From the NCBI GenBank assembly GCA_027061425.1, contig JALSUN010000042.1:1-43071 (forward strand): a stretch of DNA of 43,071 nucleotides, given 5' to 3'. The position numbers and the translations under genes were made by a program. This stretch comes from Helicobacteraceae bacterium (GTDB lineage Bacteria > Campylobacterota > Campylobacteria > Campylobacterales > Sulfurimonadaceae). Positions within the stretch are counted from its first letter, which is position 1. Every line of letters begins with the position of its first letter. This document shows, one piece after another, positions 17,360 through 27,265 of the stretch. A model generated the notes under the pieces. The model did not search any database. It was not told where the DNA came from and saw only the letters and a list, made by a program, of their open reading frames with translations.

Positions 17360-17893
17360 TTAAGCCTCAGGTATAAACTTGTCTTTTTTAATGTTGTACT
17401 TCTCTTTATGTACTGACTTCCACCACAGATAACGCACCATGTAATACCCCATAACTGAGAAGGTGACTGCGCAAAACAGTGCACCTATATACATGGGTAC
17501 TACAATCTCCATCAACTTACTTATAAATGCCATAGAGAACCAGTCCATGGTAAAAAGATCGACCATAAAGTTAAGGTCTTGAGTGATGGGATTAAAGGTG
17601 ATGAGATCTCCAACGACGAGCTCACCATAAAAGATAAAAGGCATGGTGACAGGGTTGGTGATCCAGACAAGGCTGACACCTAATGGGACGTTAAACCTCA
17701 TAAAAGGTACCATCATTACAACCGCTAACATCTGCATGGGCATAGGTATAAAAGCGAAAAAGAGTCCTACCAATACAGCTTTAGAGACAGAATGTCTGTT
17801 AACACTAAGGTACTCTCTTGGAATTTTATATTTTTTAAGTATGGCGTCAAGCTTTGGACTGCTTTTACGTTTTTTAAAGAGTTTACGAATCAT
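17360..17893 (-). CDS. DUF2062-family membrane protein
   Basis: RHSVSKAVLVGLFFAFIPMPMQ...FNVPLGVSLVWITNPVTMPFIFY. Confidence 0.88.
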   Translation of the reverse strand: MIRKLFKKRKSSPKLDAILKKYKIPREYLSVNRHSVSKAVLVGLFFAFIPMPMQMLAVVMMVPFMRFNVPLGVSLVWITNPVTMPFIFYGELVVGDLITFNPITQDLNFMVDLFTMDWFSMAFISKLMEIVVPMYIGALFCAVTFSVMGYYMVRYLWWKSVHKEKYNIKKDKFIPEA

Positions 17894-18021
17894 GAAGCTT
17901 ATTATACATATCTTTTATCAAAGCTATCTAATTTTTGGACAATTTGATTTCAATTTGACATATTAATCCCTCTCTAACGCTCTCTAACCTACAATAGAGT
18001 TATTCAAAAAATGGAACATAT

Positions 18022-19008
18022 ATGGCCACTAAAAAAAGTCCTGCTAAAAAACCAGTTAAAAAAAAGGCAACTGCTACTCCAAAAAAAAGTGCAAAACTAC
18101 AGAAGTTCCTGCATTATTTCTACTGGATACTCACGCTTATAGCTATTTTGGTGGCAGTAGGTGTCGTCAGCTACTATGCAGGTTACAACAAAGCAAAAGG
18201 TGAAGATGCTCATGTCATTAAAAAACAGAAGGTAAAGGCGCAAAAACTTCAAAGCAAGGTGACAAAACTTTCTAACAAAACAGCGAAGCATGAGTTTGAT
18301 AAAGGGAAAAAACCACCAAAAGTACCTGAATACAGAGTGATTAAAAGGGACAGAGAGCACAAAGGCCAGTTGGCTATTATATTTGACGACGTCGCTTTTT
18401 CTGGAGATGTCAAGCAGATTAAAGCACTAGGCATCCCTGTCACTATGTCCTTTTTACCACCCACCGCGCGTCATGCCAATTCTGCAAAATTAGCAGCAAA
18501 AGAGCCTTACTATATGGTGCATCTTCCTATGGAAGCGATGAACTTCCATTCGCCTGAACAGTTTACACTTTTGACCACTGACTCTAAAGAGACCATAGTT
18601 ATGCGTGTAAAACAGGTAAAGAAGTGGTTCCCAAAAGTGGCATTTATCAACAACCATACAGGAAGCAAATTTACGTCAGACCCTGAAGCGATGAATAAAC
18701 TTATATTTGCCTTGAGATTAGAGAAAATAGGCTTTATAGACTCACGTACAACAGCGAAAACTGTAGCGAAAAAAGTGATGAAGCGTTATAAGATGCCATA
18801 CTACACACGTGATATCTTTTTAGACCATGAAGATGATGTCGCTACCATTAAAAAACAGATCGCAAAAGCAGTGAAACGGGCCAAAAAGTATGGTAAATGC
18901 ATTGCTATATGCCATCCACACAAGGCAACACTGCAGGCACTTCGAGAGTCTAAAGAACTTTTGAAGTCTGTTGAACTTGTGCGAATAGACAAGATAACAG
19001 CGCGATGA
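18022..19008 (+). CDS. Divergent polysaccharide deacetylase family protein (YibQ/Cj0633-like)
   Basis: N-terminal TM anchor; LAIIFDD, MVHLPME, NNHTGSKFT, FIDSRTT, RDIFLDH, IAICHPH. Confidence 0.92.
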   Translation: MATKKSPAKKPVKKKATATPKKSAKLQKFLHYFYWILTLIAILVAVGVVSYYAGYNKAKGEDAHVIKKQKVKAQKLQSKVTKLSNKTAKHEFDKGKKPPKVPEYRVIKRDREHKGQLAIIFDDVAFSGDVKQIKALGIPVTMSFLPPTARHANSAKLAAKEPYYMVHLPMEAMNFHSPEQFTLLTTDSKETIVMRVKQVKKWFPKVAFINNHTGSKFTSDPEAMNKLIFALRLEKIGFIDSRTTAKTVAKKVMKRYKMPYYTRDIFLDHEDDVATIKKQIAKAVKRAKKYGKCIAICHPHKATLQALRESKELLKSVELVRIDKITAR

Positions 19009-19778
19009 GTCAAACACTTTCAGAAGCATACTTTCACTATTTTGAGGAGATGAAAAAAGTACCAAAAAGAGTGCATGCTGCTGGTGACTTAAAGTTGTTA
19101 GAACGACCCAAAGTAAGTATTGTTGGTACGAGAAAACCATGTCAGTACACCCAACAAATGACAGCAAATTTGGCACATAAACTTGCGAGTGTTGGTGTCG
19201 TTGTCGTGAGTGGGGCAGCCATGGGTGTGGATGGTCAGGCGCATTTTGGAGCAGGCTATGCAAACACTATAGCGGTTTTGCCTTGCGGTGTTGATGTACG
19301 TTATCCTGCACTGCATCGAGAGATGTTAGAGCGTATTGAGACCGAAGGCCTTTTACTGAGTCAGTTTGATGATGGAGCTTTAGCGACTAACTGGAATTTT
19401 GTGATACGCAATGAGCTGGTGGTTGCCTTAGGTGATGTTTTAGTGGTGACAGAAGCACTGCGTGACAGTGGCTCTATGCGCAGTGTTGCTTTTGCCAAGA
19501 AGATGGGCAAAAAGATCTATGTTCTACCGCATCGGTTGGATGAAAGTGAAGGTACCATGGACTTGGTAAAGGAGGGGAGTGCAGAACTCATTTATGATTT
19601 AGATGACTTTGTCTCGCAGTTTGGTAAAAGAACTGCTATCGAGAGTGATCCCTTTTTAAAGTACTGCGAAGAACATCCTGATTATGAGCAGGTACTTCGG
19701 GAATATGGGGAGAAACTCTCTCTTTATGAACTCGAAGGTAAGGTACTGGTGCAAAATGGAAAAGTAGTGGTTCTTTAG
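19005..19778 (+). CDS. dprA: DNA-processing protein DprA (short form)
   Basis: KVSIVGTRKP, VVSGAAMGVDG, FVIRNELVVALGD, SGSMRS; gene order as in Campylobacter. Confidence 0.95.
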   Translation: MSQTLSEAYFHYFEEMKKVPKRVHAAGDLKLLERPKVSIVGTRKPCQYTQQMTANLAHKLASVGVVVVSGAAMGVDGQAHFGAGYANTIAVLPCGVDVRYPALHREMLERIETEGLLLSQFDDGALATNWNFVIRNELVVALGDVLVVTEALRDSGSMRSVAFAKKMGKKIYVLPHRLDESEGTMDLVKEGSAELIYDLDDFVSQFGKRTAIESDPFLKYCEEHPDYEQVLREYGEKLSLYELEGKVLVQNGKVVVL

Positions 19779-19785
19779 GTACACT

Positions 19786-20814
19786 TTAGATAATTAGCAT
19801 CGCGTCACCATAAGAGTAGAAACGGTAGCGCTCTTTAATGGCCTCTTCATAGAGTTTATGTGTGGTCTCTACTCCTACAAATGAGGCGACAAGCATTAAG
19901 AGCGTTGACTGAGGCAGGTGAAAGTTGGTGAGTAGGTGGTTTACCCGTAACGGTTTGTTACCGGGGTGCAAAAAGAGGTTGGCCTCGCCTGAGAGTTGCT
20001 CTTGATGGCGGGCATGGAACTCTATGGTGCGGGTAGAGGTCGTTCCGATGCATAGAAGGCTCTTGTCACTGTCATAGAGTGCTTTGGCTTCTGGTGATAT
20101 CTTATAGTACTCAGCATGCATAGGATGGTCTGTGATGATCTCACTGTCAACAGGTTTAAAAGTACCTGCACCAACATGTAAGGTGACAGACGCGGTCTCA
20201 TATTCTTTTTGTAAAGTATCAAATTGCTCTGTTGTAAAGTGCAAAGAGGCAGTGGGTGCCGCGACAGCACCTTCATGTTTGGCAAAGACACTTTGATAGT
20301 CATCTTCATCTATCTTCTCATCTTCTCTATGCATATAAGGAGGAAGTGGGATGTGCCCTTGTTTGTCGATAATGGGTAAAATCTCTTCAAACCGCAGTAG
20401 CACATCATCTTGAAAAAAGTTGATATCTCGACTCCCATCTTCATGTAGTGCGATGACTTTGGCAGTAAATCCATCTTCAAAAGCAATGCTGGTCTCAACC
20501 TTTACTTTTCCACGTATATAGACATTAACGCGGTGTGCATCAAGGGGACGGTTGATAAGCAGTTCTAGTTTTCCACCACTCTTTTTAAAACCATAAAGAC
20601 GGGCTTTTATCACCTTGGTGTCATTAAATATAATGCCACACTCTTTGGGTAAGAAAGTCTCTAATTGGTCAAAACGTGTATGGGTGATGCTATCGTTTTG
20701 TCGGTTATAGACCAGAAGCTTAGCATGGTCTCGTGGTTCAACGGGGTGGGTGGCTATAAGCTCTTGCGGGAGCGTAAAGTTATAGCTACTTGTCTTTAGG
20801 GGATTGTTTTGCAT
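19786..20814 (-). CDS. queA: S-adenosylmethionine:tRNA ribosyltransferase-isomerase
   Basis: FNDTKVIKARLYG, GHIPLPPY, GAVAAPTASLHF, TLHVGAGTF, TNFHLPQSTL, YRFYSYGDAMLI. Start is one of ATG 20814/20817/20820. Confidence 0.98.
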   Translation of the reverse strand: MQNNPLKTSSYNFTLPQELIATHPVEPRDHAKLLVYNRQNDSITHTRFDQLETFLPKECGIIFNDTKVIKARLYGFKKSGGKLELLINRPLDAHRVNVYIRGKVKVETSIAFEDGFTAKVIALHEDGSRDINFFQDDVLLRFEEILPIIDKQGHIPLPPYMHREDEKIDEDDYQSVFAKHEGAVAAPTASLHFTTEQFDTLQKEYETASVTLHVGAGTFKPVDSEIITDHPMHAEYYKISPEAKALYDSDKSLLCIGTTSTRTIEFHARHQEQLSGEANLFLHPGNKPLRVNHLLTNFHLPQSTLLMLVASFVGVETTHKLYEEAIKERYRFYSYGDAMLII

Positions 20815-21628
20815 CATCATCTTCAATGCCAAGGGCATCTTTTAAGACAGCGATGCCATCTTCTGCACTCTCGATGTCATCAGTCTCGTCATCATCAGCA
20901 GGGTTGACCATCTTAACAAGTAAGATAGAGATACCGTATAAGATGATGAGTGGTCCAGCCATAAGGAGTTGTGTGAGCACATCAGGAGGCGTGAGCAGTG
21001 CGGCAACAACAAAGATGATGATAATAGCATATTTGAAAAATGCGATCATCTGCTTGTCGTTAACAAGTCCTAACAGTCCTAAGAAGTAAGCAAAGACAGG
21101 TAACTCGAAGGCGACACCAAATCCAAACATAATCTTGGTAAAGAAGCCTACATAGTCCTCTATGTTAATGAGCGGTGTAAACTTGAAACTACCAAAGGTG
21201 ATGAGGAAGTCAAAACCAAAGGGGGTAACCACATAGTAGGCAAACGAGACACCAGCGGCAAACATTGTGGTGCCACCAAAGATAAATGGCAGTAACATCT
21301 TCTTCTCATTGGCATAGAGTCCTGGAGCGATAAAGAGCCAAAACTGCGCCAAGATAACAGGTAGAGAGAGCAGGAGTCCTGCAAAAAATGAGACCTTCAA
21401 AGCTACAAAAAAGGCACCACCGACTTGAGAGGTGGTCACCATACCATTGGCAGCATTTACAGACTTTTTACCTACTTCTATGAGTGCATCGTTAAGAGGT
21501 TCTATCATCCATGCGAGCAGGGCTTCATGAAAATAAAACATAATAAAAAAGCCAAGGACTATACTAATAGCAGCAATAGCGAGGCGTTTACGTAACTCAA
21601 CAAGGTGGGGTCTTAAATCGTCAAACAT
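20786..21628 (-). CDS. tatC: Twin-arginine translocase subunit TatC
   Basis: HLVELRKRL, WLFIAPGLYANEK, FGVAFELP, ALLTPPDVLTQ. Confidence 0.98.
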   Translation of the reverse strand: MFDDLRPHLVELRKRLAIAAISIVLGFFIMFYFHEALLAWMIEPLNDALIEVGKKSVNAANGMVTTSQVGGAFFVALKVSFFAGLLLSLPVILAQFWLFIAPGLYANEKKMLLPFIFGGTTMFAAGVSFAYYVVTPFGFDFLITFGSFKFTPLINIEDYVGFFTKIMFGFGVAFELPVFAYFLGLLGLVNDKQMIAFFKYAIIIIFVVAALLTPPDVLTQLLMAGPLIILYGISILLVKMVNPADDDETDDIESAEDGIAVLKDALGIEDDDAKQSPKDK

Positions 21629-22083
21629 TATGCTTTCTCACTTGGTGTGTTGTCTAACGCATCATCTGCATCAATAGGATCGTCAAGACCTAAGCCTTTA
21701 GATGTTTTGGGCTTCTTTGCAAAAGTGACCACTTCGGGTTTTTTAGGAGCAGGTTCGGCTTGTGGTGTTTGTGTCTCGTCCATATCAACATAGACACCTT
21801 TTTTAATCTCTGTCATACTCTCTTTAAGCTCTTGAGTACCACTGCTTTTTTCAAGTTCATTGGTTGCCTCTAAAAACTGCTGTTTATAGCTGTTGGCCTC
21901 TTCTTTGATCTCTTGAATATGAAGTTCATCTTCTATTGTAGTCTTAGCAGAAGCTACAGTGGTCTTTACAGACTTGAAAAATTTGGCGATCTGAATCATA
22001 GTCTCAGGGAGTTTGTCTGGGCCTAAAAAGAGGATAGCAATAACGCCGATGATTAAAATCTCAGCAAAACCCATACCAAACAT
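21628..22083 (-). CDS. tatB: Twin-arginine translocase subunit TatB
   Basis: MFGMGFAEILIIGVIAILFLGPDKLP; coupled to tatC. Confidence 0.95.
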   Translation of the reverse strand: MFGMGFAEILIIGVIAILFLGPDKLPETMIQIAKFFKSVKTTVASAKTTIEDELHIQEIKEEANSYKQQFLEATNELEKSSGTQELKESMTEIKKGVYVDMDETQTPQAEPAPKKPEVVTFAKKPKTSKGLGLDDPIDADDALDNTPSEKA

Positions 22084-22129
22084 AGCAACCGCCTATCAAT
22101 AGTTTTTTGCGATTATACATCGCCCTCTC

Positions 22130-23182
22130 TTATTGTTGGATGAAAAGGGCGAGTTCATCACTTAAAAGGTAGTCATCGTTATAAAAAGTCTCATCTTCTT
22201 GACGAAGTTTCTTTTCGTGTACAAGAATCTGTGCACGTTGAAGCTCGGTAGATGTTAAAAGTGTTGCGCTGACACCTACAACAGACCGAAGTCCCAAAAA
22301 GATCTTTTCAGTGCATATAGCTTCATCACTTAAAGTCTCGGTTTGTATGTCAAGGGGGTTTTTAATGTAGGCATTGACATCTTTTGTAGGGTAGTAACGG
22401 CAATTTTTATAAAAACCCACGGCGCCTGAACCGAGCCCTATGTACTCTTTATATTGCCAATACCCCAAGTTGTGCTGAGAGTGGTACGCTCCAAAGTTTG
22501 AAATCTCATAGCTTGGAAACTTCTTTTTAATCTCTGCTAAAAACCACTCTGTGAGCACCAGTTTCTCATCTGCGACTTCAGGGGTTGCTGCAAAGGGGGT
22601 GCCCTCTTCAATGGTAAGGGCATAAGCACTCAAATGGTCTATAGGCAGTTTAAAGGCCTCTTGCAGATCATGTTTTAAAAGTGCTTGCGTGTCTCCTGCT
22701 ACGGCATAGATAAGGTCAAGTGAGAGATGGGTGTAGCCCACTTCCTTCGCCCTCCAAAGGGCATTTACAGCATCTTCTGCTTTGTGCGCACGCCCCAGTT
22801 GTTTGAGCTTTTCATCATTAAAGCTCTGCACACCAAAACTGATACGATTCACACCTAAAGTGAACATGCCTTCAAGCCAAGACTTTGTAGCACTGTTAGG
22901 GTTGGCCTCAGAGGTAATTTCAGCGCCCTCTTTAATAAAGCCTTTGAGGTACTCAAAGAGAGGGGCATAGAGTTCAGGTGAGACGGTAGAAGGTGTGCCA
23001 CCCCCTATAAACACGGTCTCTATGTCCTCTTTTTGAACATCAAAACGGGTAAATTCACTTTTGAGTTGCTTTAAAAGTGCCTGCATATACTCGCTTCTGA
23101 GATGAAAAAGATCAACATAAGAGTTAAAACTACAGTAGTGACATTTAGAGTCACAAAATGGGATGTGTATATATAAAAGCAT
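22130..23182 (-). CDS. hemW: Radical SAM heme chaperone HemW (HemN-like)
   Basis: LYIHIPFCDSKCHYCSF, FIGGGTPS, EANP, RISFGVQSF, YEISNF, HNLGYW. Confidence 0.93.
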   Translation of the reverse strand: MLLYIHIPFCDSKCHYCSFNSYVDLFHLRSEYMQALLKQLKSEFTRFDVQKEDIETVFIGGGTPSTVSPELYAPLFEYLKGFIKEGAEITSEANPNSATKSWLEGMFTLGVNRISFGVQSFNDEKLKQLGRAHKAEDAVNALWRAKEVGYTHLSLDLIYAVAGDTQALLKHDLQEAFKLPIDHLSAYALTIEEGTPFAATPEVADEKLVLTEWFLAEIKKKFPSYEISNFGAYHSQHNLGYWQYKEYIGLGSGAVGFYKNCRYYPTKDVNAYIKNPLDIQTETLSDEAICTEKIFLGLRSVVGVSATLLTSTELQRAQILVHEKKLRQEDETFYNDDYLLSDELALFIQQ

Positions 23183-23279
23183 AAGGGTATTGTAACCTCT
23201 TTTATGGGATTTTAAATCTTTTTAACTATAATACGCGCAATATAAATAGGGGTGAATTACCCTTGAAAAGATAGTGACT

Positions 23280-23750
23280 ATGAGCCATAAAAAAAATTAT
23301 CGTCCCAACGTTGCGGCTATTATAGTCTCTTCTGCTTATCCCAAAGAAAAAATGGTGTTTGTGGCAGAGCGTAATGATATCTCAGGTATGTGGCAGTTTC
23401 CACAAGGTGGAATAGACGCAGGTGAGACCCCAACCGAGGCACTTCTTAGAGAGTTAGAAGAGGAGATCGGTACCAATGATGTTGAGATCGTTGGTGAGCA
23501 TCCTGAGTGGATCTCTTATGATTTCCCCAAACATGTAGCCAAGAAGATGGACCCTTTTGATGGGCAGACACAGCGTTACTTTTTAGTACGTCTTAAAGAT
23601 GAGTCTTTGGTCAACCTAGAGACAGAACATCCGGAGTTTGTTAATCATAAATATGTGGATGTCAATGCTGTACTTGGTATGGTAGCAAAGTTTAAAAAGC
23701 CTGTGTATGAGAAGGTTATAGAGCATTTCAAAAAAGAAGGATTACTGTAA
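23280..23750 (+). CDS. rppH: RNA pyrophosphohydrolase (Nudix)
   Basis: YRPNVAAII, WQFPQGGIDAGETPTEALLRELEEEIG, GQTQRYF; TATAAT at 23227-23232. Start ATG 23280 or GTG 23274. Confidence 0.96.
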   Translation: MSHKKNYRPNVAAIIVSSAYPKEKMVFVAERNDISGMWQFPQGGIDAGETPTEALLRELEEEIGTNDVEIVGEHPEWISYDFPKHVAKKMDPFDGQTQRYFLVRLKDESLVNLETEHPEFVNHKYVDVNAVLGMVAKFKKPVYEKVIEHFKKEGLL

Positions 23751-24961
23751 TGGTCATTGTACAGAAATTTGGTGGAACGAGTGTTGGAGATCTTGAGCGG
23801 ATTCAAAATGTAGCAAATCGTGTCTCAAAAACTGTAAAAGCAGGACACAAGGTGATCGTTGTGGTCTCTGCTATGAGTGGTGAGACCAACAAACTGGTAG
23901 GCTTTACTGAACATTTTGGTGAAAACCCTGAACGTGCTGAAGTCGATATGGTTTTAAGCTCAGGTGAACGTGTCACGGCAGCACTTTTGGCCATCGCCCT
24001 TAACCAGATGGGACATAAGGCAAGTTCTATGACAGGACGCCGTGCAGGGATCATTACTGATGATGCACACACAAAAGCGCGTATAGAACGTATAGAGACC
24101 CAAACAATGCAAGCCGCTCTCGATGAAGATAAAATTCTTGTCATCGCAGGTTTTCAAGGGGTGAACGAAGCAGGCTTAGTGACGACTTTAGGTCGTGGTG
24201 GGTCTGACCTTTCTGCGGTGGCTGTTGCAGGTGCTATGAAAGCTGATCTATGTGAGATTTACACAGATGTTGATGGTATCTATACTACAGACCCTCGCAT
24301 AGAACCGACTGCCAAGAAGCTGGACAAGATCTCTTATGATGAGATGTTAGAACTTGCATCTTTAGGTGCAAAAGTCCTTCAAAATCGTTCTGTTGAACTG
24401 GCTAAAAAACTTAACGTCAGTCTTGTAACCCGTTCTAGTTTCTCTACAGCAGAGGGCACATTAATTACAAAGGAAGAAAATATCATGGAAAAACCACTAG
24501 TAAGCGGTATTGCACTCGACCGTAACCAAGCACGTATTGCTCTTGGAGGTGTTGTTAACCGCCCAGGCATCGCGTCTGATATTTTCGGTGCTTTAGCTAC
24601 AAGTAATGTCAATGTTGACATGATCATCCAGACTTCTGGACATGATGGTTCTACCAACATGGACTTTACAGTACCTCAAAATGAACTCACTGATGCCAAA
24701 GCAGTAGTAGAGTCGTTTTGCCAGAAAAAAGAGATCCAAGATGCCTCATTTGATGAAAGCATTTGTAAAGTCTCTATCGTTGGTGTGGGCATGAAGTCTC
24801 ATACTGGCGTCGCTGCTAAAGCCTTCTCTACTATGGCAACTGAAAACATTAACATTCAGATGATCTCAACTTCAGAGATTAAAGTCTCTATGGTGATTGA
24901 TGAGAAGTATGCAGAGTTGGCAGTACGTTCACTTCATAACGCTTACGAGTTAGATAAGTAA
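23750..24961 (+). CDS. lysC: Aspartokinase (alpha/beta type)
   Basis: VQKFGGTSV, TTLGRGGSD, YTDVDGIYTTDPR, two ACT domains, ISTSEIKVS. Confidence 0.98.
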   Translation: MVIVQKFGGTSVGDLERIQNVANRVSKTVKAGHKVIVVVSAMSGETNKLVGFTEHFGENPERAEVDMVLSSGERVTAALLAIALNQMGHKASSMTGRRAGIITDDAHTKARIERIETQTMQAALDEDKILVIAGFQGVNEAGLVTTLGRGGSDLSAVAVAGAMKADLCEIYTDVDGIYTTDPRIEPTAKKLDKISYDEMLELASLGAKVLQNRSVELAKKLNVSLVTRSSFSTAEGTLITKEENIMEKPLVSGIALDRNQARIALGGVVNRPGIASDIFGALATSNVNVDMIIQTSGHDGSTNMDFTVPQNELTDAKAVVESFCQKKEIQDASFDESICKVSIVGVGMKSHTGVAAKAFSTMATENINIQMISTSEIKVSMVIDEKYAELAVRSLHNAYELDK

Positions 24962-24968
24962 ACCCTAA

Positions 24969-25514
24969 GTGCAAGCCTTCATAAAGTGGACACTCGACAA
25001 CATTCGTGAAGAGGGTGCCATGCTTTCATGGCTTGAAGAGTCTCGCTTTGAGTGGACAGCCACTATGGCGCAAGCTCTAAAGCAGATCGTTTCAGGTAAA
25101 AGTGTGGTGATTGTTACGGACACAGACCGTCAGTGGTTTGGTCAGTACATCATCAGTACGTTAAATAAGGCCATAACAGAACGTCCCCTTATCTCTGTCA
25201 CCTGTATAGAGAGTCTCTATCCCAACTACAGCCACATCACCTCTGACAACTTAGATATGTTAGAAGACATGTTGTCTCTGGCTTATAACGACTCTTATAT
25301 ATTTTGGTATATCGGTCGGGGCAATGATAAGGCAGCAGACCTTCCTAAAGCTCATGACACCAGTTTTTTGTGGTTGATGGATGAAGATTATCAAAATGCC
25401 TATACTATGCGTTCTTACGACCCCCTTCTCGACATAAAACTCTTGCAACTCTATCGCCAATTTGACAAGTCATTAAATGCAGTCTTATTTGGGGAAGTGG
25501 ATGTTGATGCGTAG
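24969..25514 (+). CDS. hobA: DnaA-binding replication regulator HobA
   Basis: WTLDNIRE...SWLEESRFEW, FWYIG, LDIKLLQLYRQFDKSLNAVLFGEV; position after lysC. Confidence 0.9.
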   Translation: MQAFIKWTLDNIREEGAMLSWLEESRFEWTATMAQALKQIVSGKSVVIVTDTDRQWFGQYIISTLNKAITERPLISVTCIESLYPNYSHITSDNLDMLEDMLSLAYNDSYIFWYIGRGNDKAADLPKAHDTSFLWLMDEDYQNAYTMRSYDPLLDIKLLQLYRQFDKSLNAVLFGEVDVDA

Positions 25515-26133
25515 TGCCCTTCGTAGTCACATTATCATCTGTGATAACATTGAGGTACGTTCGTCTGCGCTGCGCGAGCAGTTGAAACCTTCGCGTGTTG
25601 TTCTTTTTGAACCTGATGAAATAAACTTTAAGATAGAACATTCCAAAGCAGTGATTGCAGAGGCCTACATCGCAGAAGAGGCTATAAAATATTTGATTAT
25701 CTCTGCGCGCTCTTTTACAGAAGATGCGCAGAACGCTCTTTTAAAAGTGATAGAAGAGCCTCCTCGAAATATAGAGATCATTATTATTACCGAGAGTAAG
25801 TCGGTGCTTCTTCCTACCATACGTTCACGACTTCAAATCATCAATGAGCAGTTTAAAAAAGAGCAGAGACACCTAGACATCAATCTTGGAACATTGAACT
25901 TGGCCACTCTGTTTTCTTTTGTAACAGCGCAGACACGACTCTCTAAACTTCAGGCGAAAGAGTTAGTAGAAGCACTCTATTATCGCGCGACTGTGATAGA
26001 TAGACTTGCCTTGAATGACGATCAGCTCAATCGTTTTGAAAGAAGTTACAAACTACTAGATCTTAACGCAAGATTACAGCCTGTACTTCTTAATCTGTTG
26101 ATGCCATTTATAAAGGTCTCTCGTGCGCGTTAA
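25507..26133 (+). CDS. holB: DNA polymerase III delta' subunit (short epsilonproteobacterial form)
   Basis: AQNALLKVIEEPP, LLPTIRSRL; between hobA and folP. Start 25501 or 25507. Confidence 0.9.
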   Translation: MRSALRSHIIICDNIEVRSSALREQLKPSRVVLFEPDEINFKIEHSKAVIAEAYIAEEAIKYLIISARSFTEDAQNALLKVIEEPPRNIEIIIITESKSVLLPTIRSRLQIINEQFKKEQRHLDINLGTLNLATLFSFVTAQTRLSKLQAKELVEALYYRATVIDRLALNDDQLNRFERSYKLLDLNARLQPVLLNLLMPFIKVSRAR

Positions 26134-27262
26134 ACAACTCTCTTTAGACATTGATGTCCGTAAGCATCTGAAAAAGATAGGAGTTGATGCGGGAGGTCTT
26201 AACATTATGAGTGCTAAAGCGAAGCAGTACCTTATTAGTATAGACGGTCTCTCCTCGGCAGGGGCAAATGTCTTAAAACAAGATGCGCTCTCGGCAGGTG
26301 CTGAACTCGCCGTGCCTAAGGGGACGGTGATGTCTATCAAAAGTCATGTGAACTGCCTCCTGATCGTGACAAAGAAGCAGTTGAAACATCTCTCTATCAA
26401 AGAGTTGACCCAGCCTTATGGTTTAAAAGAGGTGGCGCATCAACTCCAAGCTATATTGAAGTCTGAAAAACCGAAGTCATGTAAGGTGATGGGTGTGATC
26501 AATGCCAACGATGACAGCTTTTTTGAAGCGAGTCGTTTTAAGTCGAAAGATGCTTTAGAGAAGATAGAGAAGATGATAAACGAGGGTGCTCATATCATAG
26601 ATGTGGGGGGTCTCTCCTCTCGACCAGGTTCAAAACCTATCTCTGCTGAAGATGAGTTGGCCCGTGTAAAGCCTATCATCGATCATCTTGAAAACTCAGA
26701 TCTTCTCACTAAAGCACGTTTTAGCATTGACACCTATCAAGCACTGGTAGCGGAGTATGCTCTCTCAAAAGGTTTTCATATCGTTAATGACATACAAGGT
26801 CTAGAGAGTGATGCCCTCTGTGAAGTAGTTGCTAAGTATGACGCTGAAGTTGTAATTATGCATATGCAGGGTAGCCCTGAGACTATGCAGGAGAAACCAG
26901 AGTACGAAGATATTTTAGGTGAGATTTATACTTTTTTTCAAGAGCGCATTGCCAAAGCCCACCATTTTGGTATTAAAAAGATCATTCTCGATGTAGGTAT
27001 AGGGTTTGGTAAAAGTCTTGAGGACAACATCTTGCTCATCACCCATCTGGAACATTTTTTACGTTTGAGAAAGCAGGTTCTAGTAGGTGCTAGTCGTAAA
27101 TCTATGATAGATATGATCTCACCATCAACACCACAAGAGCGCTTAGGGGGCACCTTGGCTCTGCATTTGGCTGCGGTGAAAAATGGGGCAGGGATTATTA
27201 GAGTACATGACGTTCAAGAACATGTACAGGCTTTAGCCATACGTAAAGCTTTAGAGATATAA
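26123..27262 (+). CDS. folP: Dihydropteroate synthase with N-terminal extension
   Basis: MGVINANDDSF, IDVGGLSSRPG, SIDTY, MHMQG, DVGIGFGK, GASRKS, IIRVHDV. Confidence 0.97.
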   Translation: MRVKQLSLDIDVRKHLKKIGVDAGGLNIMSAKAKQYLISIDGLSSAGANVLKQDALSAGAELAVPKGTVMSIKSHVNCLLIVTKKQLKHLSIKELTQPYGLKEVAHQLQAILKSEKPKSCKVMGVINANDDSFFEASRFKSKDALEKIEKMINEGAHIIDVGGLSSRPGSKPISAEDELARVKPIIDHLENSDLLTKARFSIDTYQALVAEYALSKGFHIVNDIQGLESDALCEVVAKYDAEVVIMHMQGSPETMQEKPEYEDILGEIYTFFQERIAKAHHFGIKKIILDVGIGFGKSLEDNILLITHLEHFLRLRKQVLVGASRKSMIDMISPSTPQERLGGTLALHLAAVKNGAGIIRVHDVQEHVQALAIRKALEI

Positions 27263-27265
27263 CAC

